Positions 29,389 through 38,591 of a DNA stretch of 64,000 nt are shown piece after piece. The notes under the pieces are model-generated. The model saw only the letters and a program-made list of their open reading frames with translations. It was not told the origin of the DNA and did no database searches. The translations under genes were made by a program, and so were the position numbers. Origin of the DNA: an uncultured Bifidobacteriaceae bacterium (lineage in GTDB: Bacteria; Actinomycetota; Acidimicrobiia; IMCC26256; PALSA-555); NCBI GenBank assembly GCA_964501785.1, contig CAZCUD010000007.1:107409-171408 (forward strand), written 5' to 3'. Position 1 is the first letter of the stretch. The number at the start of each line of letters is the position of its first letter.

Positions 29389-29429
29389 TTGGAAGACTCA
29401 GCGACAGCATGTGTCGCTGAGTCTTCCGA
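29389..29429. repeat. 41-bp palindromic intergenic element, copy 2 (terminator-like hairpin)
   Basis: ttggaagactcagcgaca-gcatg-tgtcgctgagtcttccga. The same 16-bp stem core as copy 1 (GGAAGACTCAGCGACA), a different loop, and one outer wobble. Lies between convergent stops at 29313 (+) and 29448 (-). Confidence 0.85.
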
Positions 29430-29447
29430 CGTCGTGGACGACGGTGC

Positions 29448-30941
29448 TCAGCAGCGGCGGTCGCGTGCGGGGGGCTCGCCCGTGACGAGGTACCGGTCGA
29501 CGATCCGGTCGACGCAGCGGTTGCCGCTGGCGTAGCTGCCGTGCGACGTGTCGTCGACCGTGAGCAGACGTGCCCCCTCGATGCGCGTGCGGAGGTCCTT
29601 CGCGCCGACGTAGGGCGTGGCCGGGTCGCGCGTGGCGCCGACCACGAGCACGGGTGCCGTGCCGGCGACGCGGACGTCGCCCACCTGCTCGTCGGCCCGC
29701 GGCCGGGGCAGCCGGGGGTCGCACCCCGACGGCCCACCCGCGAAGAGCGGGCCGAAGAACGGGTGGTCGGCAGTGAGCTGCTCGAACGTCGCCCGGTACT
29801 CGTCGAACGACACGAGAGGCTCGGGCTCGTCGGCGCAGACCACCATGCCGATGACCTGTTGGAGGTTCGAGTACGTGCCGTCGTCCCGGCGGCCGGCGTA
29901 GAGGTCGTTGAGCAGGAGGAGCGTCGAGCCGTCACCGATCGTGGCGTCCTGCAGGCCCGCGGCGAGGATCGGCCACTCGGCACGGGAGTAGAGCGCCGCG
30001 ACGAGGCCCACGTAGAACTCGGATGCGCCGACGGTCCGGCCCTCACCGGCGTCGATGCGCACACCCTGCTCGAAGCGGGCGCGCAGCTCCTCGAGTGCAG
30101 CGCGGGGCTTCCCCCGGGAGTGGAAGGCACAGTCCTCGTCGCTCGCGCAGTCGTCGAGGAACTCGTCGAGGGCGTTCTCGAAGCCGGCGACGCTGTCACG
30201 CTGCTCCTCGGCGGTCGTGGACGTCAGGTCGACGGCCGCGTCGAGCACCATCGCACGCACTCGGTCGGGATGCTCCTGGGCGTAGATCGCGCCCAGCAGC
30301 GTTCCGTACGAGTACCCGAGGAAGGTGAGGCGCTCGTCGCCGACCGCGGCACGGATCAGCTCGAGGTCGCGTGCGACGTTGCGCGTCCCGACCCGGGCCA
30401 GCCAGTCGCCGTGACGCGCGATGCACTCCGCCACGAGGTCGACCGACGACGAGGTGCCGTCGTAGAAGGCGCGGAGGTCGGCGATCCCGTCGGGTGTCGG
30501 GTCCTCCGACCATGCCGCCTCGAACGTGGCGTCGTCGACGCAGCGCACCGGCGCCGACCCACCGACGCCGCGCGGGTCGAAGGAGAGGATGTCGAAGTGC
30601 TGGCGGATCGCCGCCGGCATGTAGTCGGCAGTGGCGCGCAGCGTCTCCGTGCCGGCGTCCCCCGGGCCGCCGTAGTTGACGACGAGCGTGCCGACGCGCC
30701 GGTCTCGGTCGTCGGCCGGTCGACGTGCGAGCTCGAGCTCGAGCTCCTCCCCGTCGGGTGCCGCGTGGTCGACGGGCACCGCGAGCGAGGCGCACTCGAT
30801 GCCGCCGCCGCAGCGCTCCCAGGCGAGACGAGGCGAGGGCTCGCCCGTCGCGTGCGCCGTGCCGTGCGTCACACTTGCCGACAGCGCCGCGCCCGGGATG
30901 ACCAGCGAGAGCGCGACGACGATGCGCGCGCCTCGGATCAC
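29448..30941 (-). CDS. Secreted alpha/beta hydrolase, tripeptidyl aminopeptidase (TAP)-like
   Basis: Signal peptide MIRGARIVVALSLVIPGAALSASV. Nucleophile elbow GYSYGT. The C-terminal TAP-like region contains VDDTSHG. Confidence 0.8.
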   Translation of the reverse strand: MIRGARIVVALSLVIPGAALSASVTHGTAHATGEPSPRLAWERCGGGIECASLAVPVDHAAPDGEELELELARRPADDRDRRVGTLVVNYGGPGDAGTETLRATADYMPAAIRQHFDILSFDPRGVGGSAPVRCVDDATFEAAWSEDPTPDGIADLRAFYDGTSSSVDLVAECIARHGDWLARVGTRNVARDLELIRAAVGDERLTFLGYSYGTLLGAIYAQEHPDRVRAMVLDAAVDLTSTTAEEQRDSVAGFENALDEFLDDCASDEDCAFHSRGKPRAALEELRARFEQGVRIDAGEGRTVGASEFYVGLVAALYSRAEWPILAAGLQDATIGDGSTLLLLNDLYAGRRDDGTYSNLQQVIGMVVCADEPEPLVSFDEYRATFEQLTADHPFFGPLFAGGPSGCDPRLPRPRADEQVGDVRVAGTAPVLVVGATRDPATPYVGAKDLRTRIEGARLLTVDDTSHGSYASGNRCVDRIVDRYLVTGEPPARDRRC

Positions 30942-30985
30942 GACATCGAACGATACCGGTGGGGGACGGCGGTAACGTCGCGTGC

Positions 30986-31909
30986 GTGAGTGACGTCCCG
31001 CTCGACCCGGCCGGCAACCCCCTGTGCCTGCTCACGGTGCACGCGCATCCCGACGACGAGGCTTCGAAGGGCAGCGCGACCGTCGCCCGGTACCACGACG
31101 AGGGTGTGCGCGGCGTGCTGGTGTGCTGCACGGGCGGCGAGGCCGGCGACATCCTCAACCCGGCCATGGATCGACCCGAGGTGCGCGAGCGGCTCACCGA
31201 GGTTCGCCGGGAGGAGCTCGACGCGAGTGCGACCGCGATCGGCTACGACTCCGTGCACATGCTCGGCTACCACGACTCGGGCATGCCCGACACCGAGCCC
31301 AACGCTCGACCCGACAACTTCGCCAACGCCCCGCTCGACGAGGCCGTCGGACGCCTGGTGGCGATCATCCGCGCCGAGCGGCCCCAGGTGATTGTGACCT
31401 ACGCCGAGGACCGCAGCTTCTACCCGCATCCCGACCACATCCGGGTCCACGAGATCTCGTTGCCGGCCTTCACCGCCGCGGGTGACGCGACCGCGTACCC
31501 CGACGCAGGGGAGCCGTGGTCGCCGTCGAAGCTCTACTACACGGGGTTCTCCCGCCGCCGCGTGCAGGCGATGCACGACGAGCTGATCCGCCGCAACGAG
31601 GAGAGCCCGTACGCACGGTGGTTCGAAGGCGACTTCCCCGACCGCGACGATCGCTTCACCACCTTCGTCGAGGTCGGCGACTGGCTGCACGCGCGGCGCG
31701 CGGCACTCCTCGCGCACCGCACCCAGGTCGATCCCGAGGGGCACTGGATGCGCCTGCCCGACGACGTGATCCGCGAGATCTTCCCGTGGGACGAGTACGT
31801 GCTCGCCCGCTCGACGGTCGGCCCGGTGCCGCCGCCCGAGCCCGAGGACGACCTGTTCCTCGGGCTGCGCGCGTCGGAGCCCGTCGCTACGATCCCGCGG
31901 TCCACCTGA
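30986..31909 (+). CDS. mca: Mycothiol S-conjugate amidase (LmbE/PIG-L family; Mca rather than MshB, by resemblance)
   Basis: VHAHPDDEASKG...TGGEAGDILNPAM...TYAEDRSFYPHPDHIRVHE...DAGEPWSPSKLYY closely follows the mycobacterial Mca pattern as I recall it. Start is GTG 30986 or GTG 30959. Confidence 0.8.
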   Translation: MSDVPLDPAGNPLCLLTVHAHPDDEASKGSATVARYHDEGVRGVLVCCTGGEAGDILNPAMDRPEVRERLTEVRREELDASATAIGYDSVHMLGYHDSGMPDTEPNARPDNFANAPLDEAVGRLVAIIRAERPQVIVTYAEDRSFYPHPDHIRVHEISLPAFTAAGDATAYPDAGEPWSPSKLYYTGFSRRRVQAMHDELIRRNEESPYARWFEGDFPDRDDRFTTFVEVGDWLHARRAALLAHRTQVDPEGHWMRLPDDVIREIFPWDEYVLARSTVGPVPPPEPEDDLFLGLRASEPVATIPRST

Positions 31910-31944
31910 CCGGCGACGGTCGGGCCGATCGACGGGGGGAAGCA

Positions 31945-32331
31945 GTGGCGAAGTACCTGACGCAGGAGTGGCTCGACGAGAGCCGCGAGCTCGCCAAGGA
32001 CCAGCCCGAGCGGCCGGGCGCCTCGGCGAAGATGCAGTACGTCGTCACCGGCGGGCCCGACGGCGACGTGAAGTACTACTGGGTGCTCGAGAACGGGAAG
32101 CTGCTCGAGAGCTCGCTCGGCGAGATCGCCGACGCCGACTTCACCCTCACGTCGACCTACGACGACTCCGTGGCGATCGCGAAGGGTGAGCTCGACGCGA
32201 ACGCGGCGTTCATGCAGGGGAAGATGAAGGTCACCGGCAACATGGGCAAGCTCATGCAGCTCATGCCGTTGACGATGTCACCCGAGTACCAGGCGCTCGG
32301 GGAGAAGGTGCGCGCGATCACCGAGTTCTAG
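31945..32331 (+). CDS. SCP2 sterol-binding domain protein
   Basis: 128 aa from GTG 31945. DANAAFMQGKMKVTGNMGKLMQLMP is the characteristic SCP2 C-terminal motif. Confidence 0.8.
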   Translation: MAKYLTQEWLDESRELAKDQPERPGASAKMQYVVTGGPDGDVKYYWVLENGKLLESSLGEIADADFTLTSTYDDSVAIAKGELDANAAFMQGKMKVTGNMGKLMQLMPLTMSPEYQALGEKVRAITEF

Positions 32332-32338
32332 CGTCGCC

Positions 32339-33163
32339 TCAGGCCGGGTCGAGCCGCAGGCGGTGCACTCGGAAGGCACGGTGCGCGACCGCTCCGGCCT
32401 TCGCGTAGAAGGGGATCGGCGCGACCCACGCGATCTCCGCGCTCTGGGCCTCGTCGCGTTCGGCGATGTCCTGCGCGAGCGCGCCGAGGATCGCGTGCCC
32501 GGTCCCGCCGTGTCGGCGTGCCGGGTCGGTCGCCATGGGGCCGATCCACGTGCGTCGGTTCACCGAGTGCGCGCCGAACGCCAAGGTCTCGCCCGCTGAG
32601 TCGCGCGCTGCGAACGTGGTGCCGCGCTCGATGCCTCGGACGATCTCGTCCTCCCAGTGGGGGAACTCCCGTCGCGCCAGATCGACGGCGCCCGTGCCGC
32701 CCTCGCGCTCGACGACGATCCCCGGTGGAGGATCGGCGCGGAACGAGGTCGGCAGCAGCATGTTGAGCCCGTGGTCGTACGGCTCGAAGCCCAGCGCCTG
32801 GAAGCAGGCCAGCGCGGCCGTGTTGGAGAGGTCGACCCCCGGCCACACGTAGCGCGGCGCGAGGTTGCCCGTGTGGATCTCGCTCACGCCTGCGGCTCGG
32901 CACTGCTCGACGACGTCGTCGACCAGTGCGCGGGCCAGGCCCGTGCGGCGGCGGGTCGGGGTCACCGCGATCAGCGTGATCCACGCGATCTTGACCCCGC
33001 TGGCGTCGCGCACGACCCACGTGATCGCGGCGTCGTCGTCGCCCTGCACGTTGGCGTCCGTTCCGTAGCAGCACTCGTCGAGGTCGGCCGCGGTCAGGCC
33101 TTCGTCCGGCATCGCCCGGTCGCACAGCGCGGCGAGACGGAGCGGGTCGAGGTCGCGTCGCAT
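32339..33163 (-). CDS. GNAT family N-acetyltransferase (two-lobed, MshD-like architecture possible)
   Basis: Acetyl-CoA motif-A-like segments VTPTRRRTGLARALV and TDPARRHGGTGHAILGAL. 274 aa. Confidence 0.7.
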   Translation of the reverse strand: MRRDLDPLRLAALCDRAMPDEGLTAADLDECCYGTDANVQGDDDAAITWVVRDASGVKIAWITLIAVTPTRRRTGLARALVDDVVEQCRAAGVSEIHTGNLAPRYVWPGVDLSNTAALACFQALGFEPYDHGLNMLLPTSFRADPPPGIVVEREGGTGAVDLARREFPHWEDEIVRGIERGTTFAARDSAGETLAFGAHSVNRRTWIGPMATDPARRHGGTGHAILGALAQDIAERDEAQSAEIAWVAPIPFYAKAGAVAHRAFRVHRLRLDPA

Positions 33164-33178
33164 GTCGGACGAGGGCTG

Positions 33179-34018
33179 TCAGCCGGCGCGCTGGAGCTCG
33201 CGCAGCTCGCGATAGCCGATGAGCTTCACGCCGGCGCGCGCGATGAGCCCGGGGAGCGAAGGGTCGTGGCAGAGGTACGCGTGGTCCTCGACGCGACCGG
33301 CCCAGTCGGGGTGCGAGGCGCGCAGCTCGTCGGTGTCGACGGCCGGGTGCAGGTACACCTCGGTGACGCCGGGGCGCAGGTCGAGGAGCGCGCGCTCCAT
33401 CACTCGCCGACCGCCGACACCCGTGTAGTAGACGAAGCTGTCGGGGTACACGACGCCCGCGGCGGTTGCGAGCTCCCGGTACGGGAAGCCCACCAGAGCC
33501 TCGGCGCCGGCCGGACCCATCCGCAGCGGCAGACCGAAGTCGAGCGCGAGCTCGAGGTAGACGTCGAAGAAGTCGGCGCGCAGCTGGAGCGTGCCCATGT
33601 GGCTGTCGAGGTGGCTGACGTCGAACCCCCACAGGATCGCTCGCTCGATCTGCGCTCGGCACTCGCGCCGAACCTCCTCGAGGTCGGCGTGATCCCAGGT
33701 GTCCTCGATCGTGCGCGGGAAGCCGCCATCGCCGTCGAGGAGGCTCGGGGACCGGGTGATCGGGCCCCAGCGGTAGGTCTCCCACTCCGCGTTGAGCGTG
33801 AGGTGCACGCCGACGTCCTCACCACGCCAGCCGGCCGCCGCATCGCGCGCCCATGGGCACGGGACCATGAGCGACGCGCTCGTGCCGATGCCACTGCGGA
33901 GCGCGTCGTACACCGCGACGTTGGCCGCACGCGACGAGCCGAGGTCGTCGCAGTTGACGATCAGGAGCCGGTCGTCGGGGGAGTAGCCGAGGCGCTCCGC
34001 GAGTGACGGCGTCGCCAC
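33179..34018 (-). CDS. ChbG/YdjC/HpnK family carbohydrate deacetylase
   Basis: From GTG 34018: LGYSPDDRLLIVNCDDLGSSRAANVAV...VGVHLTL...LDSHMG, which are YdjC family motifs. Confidence 0.8.
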   Translation of the reverse strand: MATPSLAERLGYSPDDRLLIVNCDDLGSSRAANVAVYDALRSGIGTSASLMVPCPWARDAAAGWRGEDVGVHLTLNAEWETYRWGPITRSPSLLDGDGGFPRTIEDTWDHADLEEVRRECRAQIERAILWGFDVSHLDSHMGTLQLRADFFDVYLELALDFGLPLRMGPAGAEALVGFPYRELATAAGVVYPDSFVYYTGVGGRRVMERALLDLRPGVTEVYLHPAVDTDELRASHPDWAGRVEDHAYLCHDPSLPGLIARAGVKLIGYRELRELQRAG

Positions 34019-34026
34019 CGGGCTCC

Positions 34027-35217
34027 CTAGGACAGTCGTTCGAGGATCGTGCCGGTGCCGAGCCCGCCGCCGCAGCACATCGTCACCAGCGCCAGCTCGC
34101 CGTCGGTGCGCTCGAGCTCGTGCAGGGCCGTGGTGACGAGCCGGGCGCCGGTCGCTCCGACGGGATGCCCGAGCGCGATCGCGCCACCGCTCGGATTGAC
34201 GATCGCCAGGTCGGGCTCGAGCTCGCGTGCCCATGCGAGCACGACCGACGCGAACGCCTCGTTGATCTCGATGGTGTCGAAGTCTCCGATCGCGAGCCCC
34301 GTGCGGCCCAGGAGGTGGCGCGTGGCGTCGATCGGCCCGGTGAGCATGAGGACCGGGTCGACGCCGACCAGGCACTGGTCGACGATGCGCGCCCGCGGGG
34401 TCACGCCGAGCTCGCGGGCGCGCCCCGCGGTCGTGAGCACCACTGCGGCAGCGCCGTCGGTGATCTGGGACGAGGTCCCCGCGGTGTGCACGCCGTCGTC
34501 GCGCGCCACGGGCTTGAGCGCCGCGAGCGCCTCCAGGGAGGTCTCGCGCAGACCTTCATCGCGCGCGACGTGGTGGGTCGTGCCGACGGGCTTGCCGTCC
34601 TCGCCGAGGTCGGGGGCGTCGATGGGGAGCACCTCGCGCTCGAAGCGCCCTTCTTCCCATGCCCGTGCGGCTCGCTGCTGGGACTCGAGTCCGAGCTGAT
34701 CGCACTCGAGCCGGGCGATGCCCCACTTCTCGGCGATGCGCTCGGCCCCCTCGAACTGGGTCGTGTACTCGTACTGCTCGAAGTAGCTCTTGGGCAGCGG
34801 CCGACCGGGGCCGCTCTGCACGGCGGCGCCGAGCGGGACCCGGCTCATCGACTCGACGCCGCAGGCGAGCGCGGTGTCGACGACGCCGGCGGCGACGAGG
34901 GCCGCGGCGAGGTTGGTCGCCTGCTGCGACGAGCCGCACTGGGCGTCGACCGTCGTCGCCGCGACCGACATGGGCAGACCCGCGGTCAGCCATGCGGTGC
35001 GAGCGATGTCGAAGGTCTGCTCGCCGACCTGCGAGACGCACCCCCCGATCACCTGGCCGATCGCGTCGGGCTCGAGACCCGAACGATCGACCGCTTCGCG
35101 CTGGACCGCGGCCAGCAGGTCGGCCGGGTGCATGGTCGCGAGCCCGCCGTTGCGCCGCCCGAGCGGTGAGCGGACGGCGGACACGATCACCACGTCGTCG
35201 TCGGAGAGGGCGCGCAC
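34027..35217 (-). CDS. Acetyl-CoA C-acyltransferase (thiolase)
   Basis: Active-site Cys in TVDAQCGSSQQA. NEAFA. C-terminal GHPVGATG...MCCGGGLG. GTG 35217. Confidence 0.92.
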   Translation of the reverse strand: MRALSDDDVVIVSAVRSPLGRRNGGLATMHPADLLAAVQREAVDRSGLEPDAIGQVIGGCVSQVGEQTFDIARTAWLTAGLPMSVAATTVDAQCGSSQQATNLAAALVAAGVVDTALACGVESMSRVPLGAAVQSGPGRPLPKSYFEQYEYTTQFEGAERIAEKWGIARLECDQLGLESQQRAARAWEEGRFEREVLPIDAPDLGEDGKPVGTTHHVARDEGLRETSLEALAALKPVARDDGVHTAGTSSQITDGAAAVVLTTAGRARELGVTPRARIVDQCLVGVDPVLMLTGPIDATRHLLGRTGLAIGDFDTIEINEAFASVVLAWARELEPDLAIVNPSGGAIALGHPVGATGARLVTTALHELERTDGELALVTMCCGGGLGTGTILERLS

Positions 35218-35250
35218 GGAGCGAATCGTACCGCCCTCTACGCTGATCGC

Positions 35251-35892
35251 ATGCGGCCCCGCCTCGCGCTCGCCGGCGCGCTCGCGTGCTTGCTCGTGGT
35301 CGGCGTGGCCTGCTCCGGCGGCGGGAGCGACGACGCCGCGTCCCCCAGCCGTGACGACCGCGTCGCGCAGGACGACGAGGGGCCCGGGTGCGAGCACATC
35401 GTCGCCAGCGAGGAGCGTCGCTTCCGGCGCCCCGGCACCGATCTCGTCTACATGGTCGACGCGGTGACGGAGCCGCTCGTCTGCTACGACAAGATCTCGT
35501 TCGTGTTCGACGCAGGTGACGGGCCCGACCTGCCGCCCGGATACCTCGTCGAGTACCGCGAGCCGCCGTTCGTCGAGGGCATCAACACGACGACGGAGGG
35601 CTTCGACGACGCGAAGGCGTACCTGTACGTGGAGATGCAGCCCACGTCGACCGTCGACCTGCGGTTCGCGGGTTCAGGACGGCGCACCTACCGGGGCAAC
35701 CTGCGGCTCGCTCTCGACGAGGCGATCCATCACACGGTGATCGTCGAGTGGCTGGACAAGGTCGAGGACGTCACGCCGGAGGATCCGACCGACGACAAGA
35801 TCATCTGGGTGATCGGACTGGACGAGAAGCGTCCGTTCACCGTCGACTCCGCGAACCAGCCTCCCCGCATCAACGTCCTCGTGATGCGCTGA
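35251..35892 (+). CDS. Hypothetical lipoprotein
   Basis: Signal peptide plus lipobox LLVVGVAC-SGG. No recognisable catalytic motif. Confidence 0.65.
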   Translation: MRPRLALAGALACLLVVGVACSGGGSDDAASPSRDDRVAQDDEGPGCEHIVASEERRFRRPGTDLVYMVDAVTEPLVCYDKISFVFDAGDGPDLPPGYLVEYREPPFVEGINTTTEGFDDAKAYLYVEMQPTSTVDLRFAGSGRRTYRGNLRLALDEAIHHTVIVEWLDKVEDVTPEDPTDDKIIWVIGLDEKRPFTVDSANQPPRINVLVMR

Positions 35893-35927
35893 ACGACCCG
35901 CCCGGCGACCCCTCGGGCGCGCGCGGG

Positions 35928-36881
35928 TCAGGTCACGAGGACGATCTTGCCGAGCTTGGCGCCGGCGGCGAAGCGGTCGTAGGCGGCGGCTGCGTCGGCC
36001 ATCGGGTGCTCGGCGGCGATCGGGACGCGCAGCCGACCGGTGGCGAGCAGTGGGAGCACGGACCGCTCGACGCCGCGCGCGGCCATGGCCTTGCCCTCGA
36101 GCGGGCGGGCCCGCAACGTCGATGCGTGGATGCTGCCGCGCGCCGCCATGAGGCGCAGCAGGTCGACCTCCGCCTTGGCTCCGGCGCCGACCCCGATCAC
36201 GACGATCCTCCCGCCGGTCGCCAGTGCCGCGAGGTCGTCGGGCAGGTTCGGCGCGCCGACGAGCTCGAGCACGACGTCGAAGGGACCCCGATCGACGAAC
36301 GCGTCCGGTGCACACACGTCGACGACACCGGCCCCGCCGCCGATCTCCGCGACGTCGCCCCGCAGGGATTCGTTGCGCACGGTCGCGACGACCCGCGCGC
36401 CGGCGTGCGCGGCGAGCTGGACGCCGGCGATGCCGACACCGCCCGCGGCGCCGTGCACGAGGACGCGCTCGCCCAGGGTGAGGCGGCACTGGGTGAAGAG
36501 CGCGTCGTGGGCGGTCGTGAAGACCTCGGGGAAGCCGCCGGCTTCGGGCCAGCCGAGGCCCTCGGGCACGGCGAGCGCGACCCGCTCGTGGACGACGGCC
36601 AGCTCGGCCTGGGCGCCGCCCCCGACGATCGCCATGACGTGATCACCGATCGCGAAGCGGGTCACTCCGGGCCCGGTCGCGACGACCTCTCCCGCGAGCT
36701 CGAGGCCCGGGACGTCGGCCGGGGCATCCGGCGGCGCGGCGTAGAGGCCGCGTCGCTGCAGCATGTCGGCGCCGTTGAGCCCCGCCGCTCGCACGGCGAC
36801 CAGGAGCTCGCCCTGGCCGGGGACGGGGTCGGGCTTCGTCGTCCACTCGACGCGTCCGTCGTCGATGGTGACCGCCTGCAC
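35928..36881 (-). CDS. NADPH:quinone oxidoreductase / zeta-crystallin family (MDR superfamily)
   Basis: GELLVAVRAAGLNGADMLQRRGLY...VLVHGAAGGVGIAGVQLA (Rossmann GxGxxG). Start taken at GTG 36881; the longer ORF to 36956 would overlap the divergent gene. Confidence 0.85.
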   Translation of the reverse strand: MQAVTIDDGRVEWTTKPDPVPGQGELLVAVRAAGLNGADMLQRRGLYAAPPDAPADVPGLELAGEVVATGPGVTRFAIGDHVMAIVGGGAQAELAVVHERVALAVPEGLGWPEAGGFPEVFTTAHDALFTQCRLTLGERVLVHGAAGGVGIAGVQLAAHAGARVVATVRNESLRGDVAEIGGGAGVVDVCAPDAFVDRGPFDVVLELVGAPNLPDDLAALATGGRIVVIGVGAGAKAEVDLLRLMAARGSIHASTLRARPLEGKAMAARGVERSVLPLLATGRLRVPIAAEHPMADAAAAYDRFAAGAKLGKIVLVT

Positions 36882-36943
36882 GGGGAGCAGCGTACGGCCG
36901 GGACGCGGTCCGAGCCGGCGCTGACGCTCGGTACCGTCTTCGC

Positions 36944-37351
36944 ATGCCGTCGTCACCCCGAGGAGCAGCCGATCGGTCGATCACCGCTCGGCGGCCGCAG
37001 GGTCCGCTCGCGTACCTCGACGACGACGGCAACGAGGTGATCCTCGATGCCGAGGACGCGGCCACGTTCTGGCGTCTCACCGGCGGGCTCGACGAGGCCG
37101 CGGTCTCGGCGTGCCCGACCTGCGCCGCCGGCGTCCTCGCCTGCGTCGCCGTCGTCGACCTGCTCGACGACGCCCCACCGCATCCGCGGGCGCGCGACCT
37201 GCTGGAGCTCGCCGACGACGCGCCGACCCTGCACCTCTACGTGGTCGACCTCTCGACTCGGTGTCGCCACGTCACCTGGCGCGACCCGGGCTCTCTCGAG
37301 TGGCGGGACGCGGTGTCGGACCTCGTCGACGACGTGCGCGGACCGCGCTGA
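36944..37351 (+). CDS. Hypothetical protein (135 aa, contains CPTC)
   Basis: High GC3 in this frame. No recognisable domain. The true start may be downstream. Confidence 0.45.
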   Translation: MPSSPRGAADRSITARRPQGPLAYLDDDGNEVILDAEDAATFWRLTGGLDEAAVSACPTCAAGVLACVAVVDLLDDAPPHPRARDLLELADDAPTLHLYVVDLSTRCRHVTWRDPGSLEWRDAVSDLVDDVRGPR

Positions 37352-37383
37352 CCCGTCGCCGGTCGTCTGCTCCGGGATCGGGG

Positions 37384-37965
37384 CTAGCGGTCGATCTTCG
37401 GCCGCTTGAACTCGTTGAGTCGGGTCCACGCGAGCAGGTCGATGGTGCGTTCGAGGTCGTCGACCCGGCCGCGCTCCATGAACCGCACGAACGCCGCGTC
37501 GTCGCCCTCGATGAAGGTCGGGACGCCCCAGACCCCCCACCGCGCGACGGCCTCGGTGTGCTCGGCCTCGAGCGTGGCCCGCGGGCGACCGCTCGCGACC
37601 TCCGTCGCCACCGCGTCGGGGTCGAGACCGGCGCTCGTGACCGCGTCGCGGAGCACGGTCTCGTCGTCGAGCTTGAGCCCCTTGTCGTGGCGGGCGGCGA
37701 AGAGCGCGAGGTGCGCGGCCTCGAACTGATCGGCGAAGGCGTCCCGCACGGCGAGGCCGTACAGCAGCGCGAGGACGCCGCTCCCGAGCGGGTCGCGGTC
37801 CCACGCCGGCTCGTCACCGTCTTCGACGTGTGCCTGCGCGAGCGAGAAGGGCAGGTAGCGGAACTCGAGGTCGCTCGCGCCGTTCGCGGCCGCCAGCGCA
37901 GCCGCGTTGCCGTTGTACGCGAACGGGCAGAGGTAGTCGAACGTGACGGCGAGCGATCGGGCCAT
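37384..37965 (-). CDS. DsbA-like thioredoxin-fold protein (CPFA active-site variant)
   Basis: VTFDYLCPFAYNG at the N-terminus, where DsbA/HCCA-isomerase families carry CxxC/CPxx. ...WGVWGVPTFIEGD (cis-Pro loop region). Confidence 0.65.
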   Translation of the reverse strand: MARSLAVTFDYLCPFAYNGNAAALAAANGASDLEFRYLPFSLAQAHVEDGDEPAWDRDPLGSGVLALLYGLAVRDAFADQFEAAHLALFAARHDKGLKLDDETVLRDAVTSAGLDPDAVATEVASGRPRATLEAEHTEAVARWGVWGVPTFIEGDDAAFVRFMERGRVDDLERTIDLLAWTRLNEFKRPKIDR

Positions 37966-37974
37966 CGCGGAACG

Positions 37975-38499
37975 CTACCGCCCTCGCCGGCGGCGCTCGA
38001 CGAAGCGCCGCGCCGCCGGTGCGAGCGCGAGGCCGAGCGCAGCTCCTGCGATCACGTCAGAGGCGTGGTGCATGCGGACGTACACGCGGCTTCCCGCCAC
38101 TGCCGCGGCGAGCGCGAACCACGCGGGCGCCGACGCTCGGCTCTTGCCGAGGACGGCCGCGCACATGAACGCGGTGGCGGCGTGGCCCGACGGGAACGAC
38201 GACGTGATCGGCCGGCGCATCCCGTAGGGGAGCGGAGCGTCGTGCTCGAAGTGCACAGTCGGTCGGACCCGACGGAAGAGCGACTTCACGCCGCCGTTCG
38301 TGATGGCCGACTCCGCGCCCAGGGCTGCGCTGAAGCGCAGGGCCCAGCGCGGATCGCGACGGCGGAGCGCCTCGGCGATGCCGATCGCGTGCCAGAGCAT
38401 CCCGTGGTCGGCCGCGCTCGACAGCGAGTAGAAGACACGATCGAGCGCCGGGCTTCGGTACCGCTCGAGCCACTTGTCGACCGACTCGTCGAAGACCAT
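37975..38499 (-). CDS. PAP2 (type 2 phosphatidic acid phosphatase) superfamily protein
   Basis: Motifs KSLFRRVRP, PSGH and SRVYVRMHHASD (KxxxxxxRP / PSGH / SRxxxxxHxxxD). Start at ATG 38499 is provisional; the ORF extends to 38772. Confidence 0.8.
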   Translation of the reverse strand: MVFDESVDKWLERYRSPALDRVFYSLSSAADHGMLWHAIGIAEALRRRDPRWALRFSAALGAESAITNGGVKSLFRRVRPTVHFEHDAPLPYGMRRPITSSFPSGHAATAFMCAAVLGKSRASAPAWFALAAAVAGSRVYVRMHHASDVIAGAALGLALAPAARRFVERRRRGR

Positions 38500-38591
38500 G
38501 ACTCGCTCGGACAGCGACGGCGACCGCGTCGCCGACGCGTCGCCCGCCGGTGCCTCGGTGCCCACGCCTCCAGTGTTGCCGGTCGCTCGGA

